Source: Caldichromatium japonicum | Lineage (GTDB): Bacteria; Pseudomonadota; Gammaproteobacteria; Chromatiales; Chromatiaceae | NCBI RefSeq assembly: GCF_011290485.1 | Contig: NZ_CP048029.1 | Span: 1,253,155 to 1,285,154, forward strand | Reading direction: 5' to 3' | DNA: 32,000 nt | Program-made: the position numbers and the translations under genes | In this document: positions 30,284 through 32,000 of the stretch, one piece after another | Layout of the letters: every line of letters begins with the position of its first letter | Position numbering within the stretch: the stretch's first letter is position 1 | The notes under the pieces: model-generated | What the model was told of the DNA's origin: nothing | What the model saw: only the letters and a program-made list of their open reading frames with translations | The model's database searches: none

Positions 30284-32000
30284 CTAGGGCGCTGCTTGCC
30301 AATCTGCTAGGCGCATTTGGAGATCTGATACCTCCAATGGCGGGCTGAGCAGATATCCCTGGCCGTTGAGACAGCCCTCACAGATGAGGAAATTGTGCTG
30401 TACCTCGGTCTCGATCCCCTCCGCTAGGACCTCCAGGCACAGGTCCTGGGCAAGGGCGATCACCGCCCGGCTGATGGCGACGTCATTTGAATCGTATGGC
30501 AGACCGGTGACAAAGCTGCGGTCAATCTTGAGGGTGGTTAAAGGCACGCGTTTGAGCTGAATGAGCGAGGAATAACCGGTCCCGAAGTCATCGATGGCCA
30601 CCTTGACCCCAAGCTCGCGCAGCCTGAACAGGACATCAATGGCCTGCTCAGGCGCACGCATCAGGGTCGCTTCCGTGATCTCGAGCTCGAGCTGATGGGC
30701 AGGCAAACCGCTCTCGCTGAGGATGCGTGCGATCGAGGCCACCAGGTCAGGGTGATCGAACTGCTTGGGCGAAAGATTAACGCTCATCAGGTTATCTCCC
30801 GCAAACAGGCCGTGTTCGAGCCAGTCTTTCATTTGGCGGCAGGCCTCCACGAGCACCCATTCGCCGATCCGAAGGATCAGATTTGATTCCTCGGCCAAAG
30901 GGATGAAGGTCGCCGGGGAGACCATACCCAGCTCTGGATGTTGCCAGCGGAGCAAGGCCTCGATCCCGCGCAGGCGCCTGCTTTGCAGGTTGAACTGCGG
31001 TTGATAATGCAGGCAGAATTCGCCCCTTTCGATAGCATAATAGAGGCCCGATTCGAGCGGGATGCGATCAAAGGCGCGGGCGGTGAGTTCCTGCGAATAA
31101 TACTGAAAGCCGTTGCGCCCGCTCTCCTTGGCGCGATACATGGCGGCGTCGGCATTGCGCACCAGCTCCTCGGCTGTCGTCCCATGCTCAGGATAGAGGG
31201 CGATCCCGATGCTTGCCCCCACTAGGAGCTGATGGCCCTGGATCACAAAGGGTTGTTTGATCTCATGGAGGATCTTGGCCGCAACGATTGCCGCGTCCTC
31301 GGCCTGGTGGATGTCGGTCAAGATGACAATGAACTCATCGCCACCCAGCCGTGCGAGGGTATCATCCTCACGAAAGAGCTGTTGCAGACGTTCGGCGACC
31401 GCAAACAGTAGCTGGTCGCCATAGCTGTGATCAAAGCTGTCGTTGATCTGTTTGAAACGATCGAGATCGATGAAGAGCACCGCAAAGCGCCGGCCATGCC
31501 GGTGACTCGCATGGATGGTCTGATTGAGCCGGTCGTTAAAGAGCAGACGATTGGGAAGCCTGGTCAAGGGGTCGTGATGGGCTAGATGGATATAGCTCTG
31601 TTCGCGAGCACGCAGGGTATTGAGGAGGGCTATGTGCTCGCTGATGTTGCGCCAGACCTCGATGATGGCGCAGACCTCACCGTTCTCCCCGAGCAAAGGA
31701 TTGAAGACGACCTCGTAGTGGACCTCGGCGCCATGCGGGGTCCAATAACTGCGGGTCAGCTTGAGCCGCTGGGAGGGGTTCTTGTGCGCTGCCTGCACCG
31801 GGCATTCATGTTCGCTGGCGTTGCACAAGCGTTCATGTCTCCGAGCCAGAGCAAAGCGCATCGCACAGTGCCAGCGGTCTTCATTGGCCGCCACCTTTTC
31901 TGTTTCAATGAAGAATCGGCGCGCCGCCTGGTTTGCCCGCAACAGCTGGCAATCGGCACTGATAACCAAAATAGGATCATCAATGCTGTCGATCACTGCT
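30284..32000 (-). CDS. PAS-GGDEF-EAL c-di-GMP turnover protein; 5' end runs off the right edge
   Basis: GGDEF: HDPLTRLPNR..FIDLDRFKQINDSFDHSYGDQLL...LARLGGDEFIVIL. EAL: LHYQPQF......GIEALLRW.HPELG.., ..EITE.., ..DDFGTGYSSL.., ..LKIDRSF.. and ..EGIET.. The frame stays open through 32000; codon 31996 is GTG, not a proven start. Confidence 0.85.
   Translation of the reverse strand, partial: AVIDSIDDPILVISADCQLLRANQAARRFFIETEKVAANEDRWHCAMRFALARRHERLCNASEHECPVQAAHKNPSQRLKLTRSYWTPHGAEVHYEVVFNPLLGENGEVCAIIEVWRNISEHIALLNTLRAREQSYIHLAHHDPLTRLPNRLLFNDRLNQTIHASHRHGRRFAVLFIDLDRFKQINDSFDHSYGDQLLFAVAERLQQLFREDDTLARLGGDEFIVILTDIHQAEDAAIVAAKILHEIKQPFVIQGHQLLVGASIGIALYPEHGTTAEELVRNADAAMYRAKESGRNGFQYYSQELTARAFDRIPLESGLYYAIERGEFCLHYQPQFNLQSRRLRGIEALLRWQHPELGMVSPATFIPLAEESNLILRIGEWVLVEACRQMKDWLEHGLFAGDNLMSVNLSPKQFDHPDLVASIARILSESGLPAHQLELEITEATLMRAPEQAIDVLFRLRELGVKVAIDDFGTGYSSLIQLKRVPLTTLKIDRSFVTGLPYDSNDVAISRAVIALAQDLCLEVLAEGIETEVQHNFLICEGCLNGQGYLLSPPLEVSDLQMRLADWQAAP

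Noticed and set aside
1-32000. CRISPR arrays, tRNA/rRNA genes, prophage or defence-island gene sets
   Set aside because: No regularly spaced direct repeats, cloverleaf-compatible T-arm motifs or rRNA-like segments were seen. Apart from IS debris the gene content is housekeeping, and no recognisable restriction, toxin-antitoxin, Cas or abortive-infection domains were found.

Overview
High-GC proteobacterial chromosomal window; gene content and synteny look gammaproteobacterial, but I cannot confirm taxonomy without a search. It is mostly housekeeping DNA. No rRNA, tRNA or CRISPR array was found.

Gene content, left to right:
- 1-1452: an insertion-sequence graveyard. It holds an IS3-family orfA running off the left edge, a truncated sigma-54 activator HTH, an ECF sigma fragment, an IS630 5' fragment, and an orphan TnpB-tail/omega-RNA-like right end.
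- 1454-4972 (-): a five-gene ECF-type nickel/cobalt uptake operon, nikK-M-L-Q-O. NikO carries a His-rich tail. Upstream lie a promoter and a NikR-like inverted repeat.
- 5115-9158 (-): a cell-envelope set made of a small coiled-coil protein, a SPOR-domain protein, a PDZ-less HtrA-like protease and a PBP4-family peptidase.
- 9256-13869 (-): bioB-F-H-C-D, divergent from comF.
- 14912-15580: a degraded tnpB element that keeps its omega-RNA-like 3' end.
- 15643-20272: a DUF815 ATPase, an agmatinase-family ureohydrolase, a hypothetical protein, a 553-bp IS630-derived non-autonomous element flanked by a TA duplication, and a PfkB adenosine kinase.
- 21141-24631 (-): cydDC.
- 24867-28337 (+): rpsP-rimM-trmD-rplS-sbcB.
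- 28296-32000 (-): a c-di-GMP/chemotaxis-like cluster of PAS-GGDEF-EAL, cheY-like, cheC-like and PAS-GGDEF genes.

Most interesting signals:
- Two TnpB 3'-end/omega-RNA-like modules with a compensatory stem change. One is orphaned and ends 1 nt from the nikO stop codon.
- A kinase-less cheY-cheC-diguanylate cyclase operon. Its GGDEF domain has an in-frame loss of about 11 aa, yet GGEEF and RxxD are intact.
- A cleanly delimited, MITE-like IS630 derivative.
- Candidate operators upstream of nikK and bioB.

I found no clear-cut novel multi-gene system. All family assignments rest on motifs read by eye from the translations.
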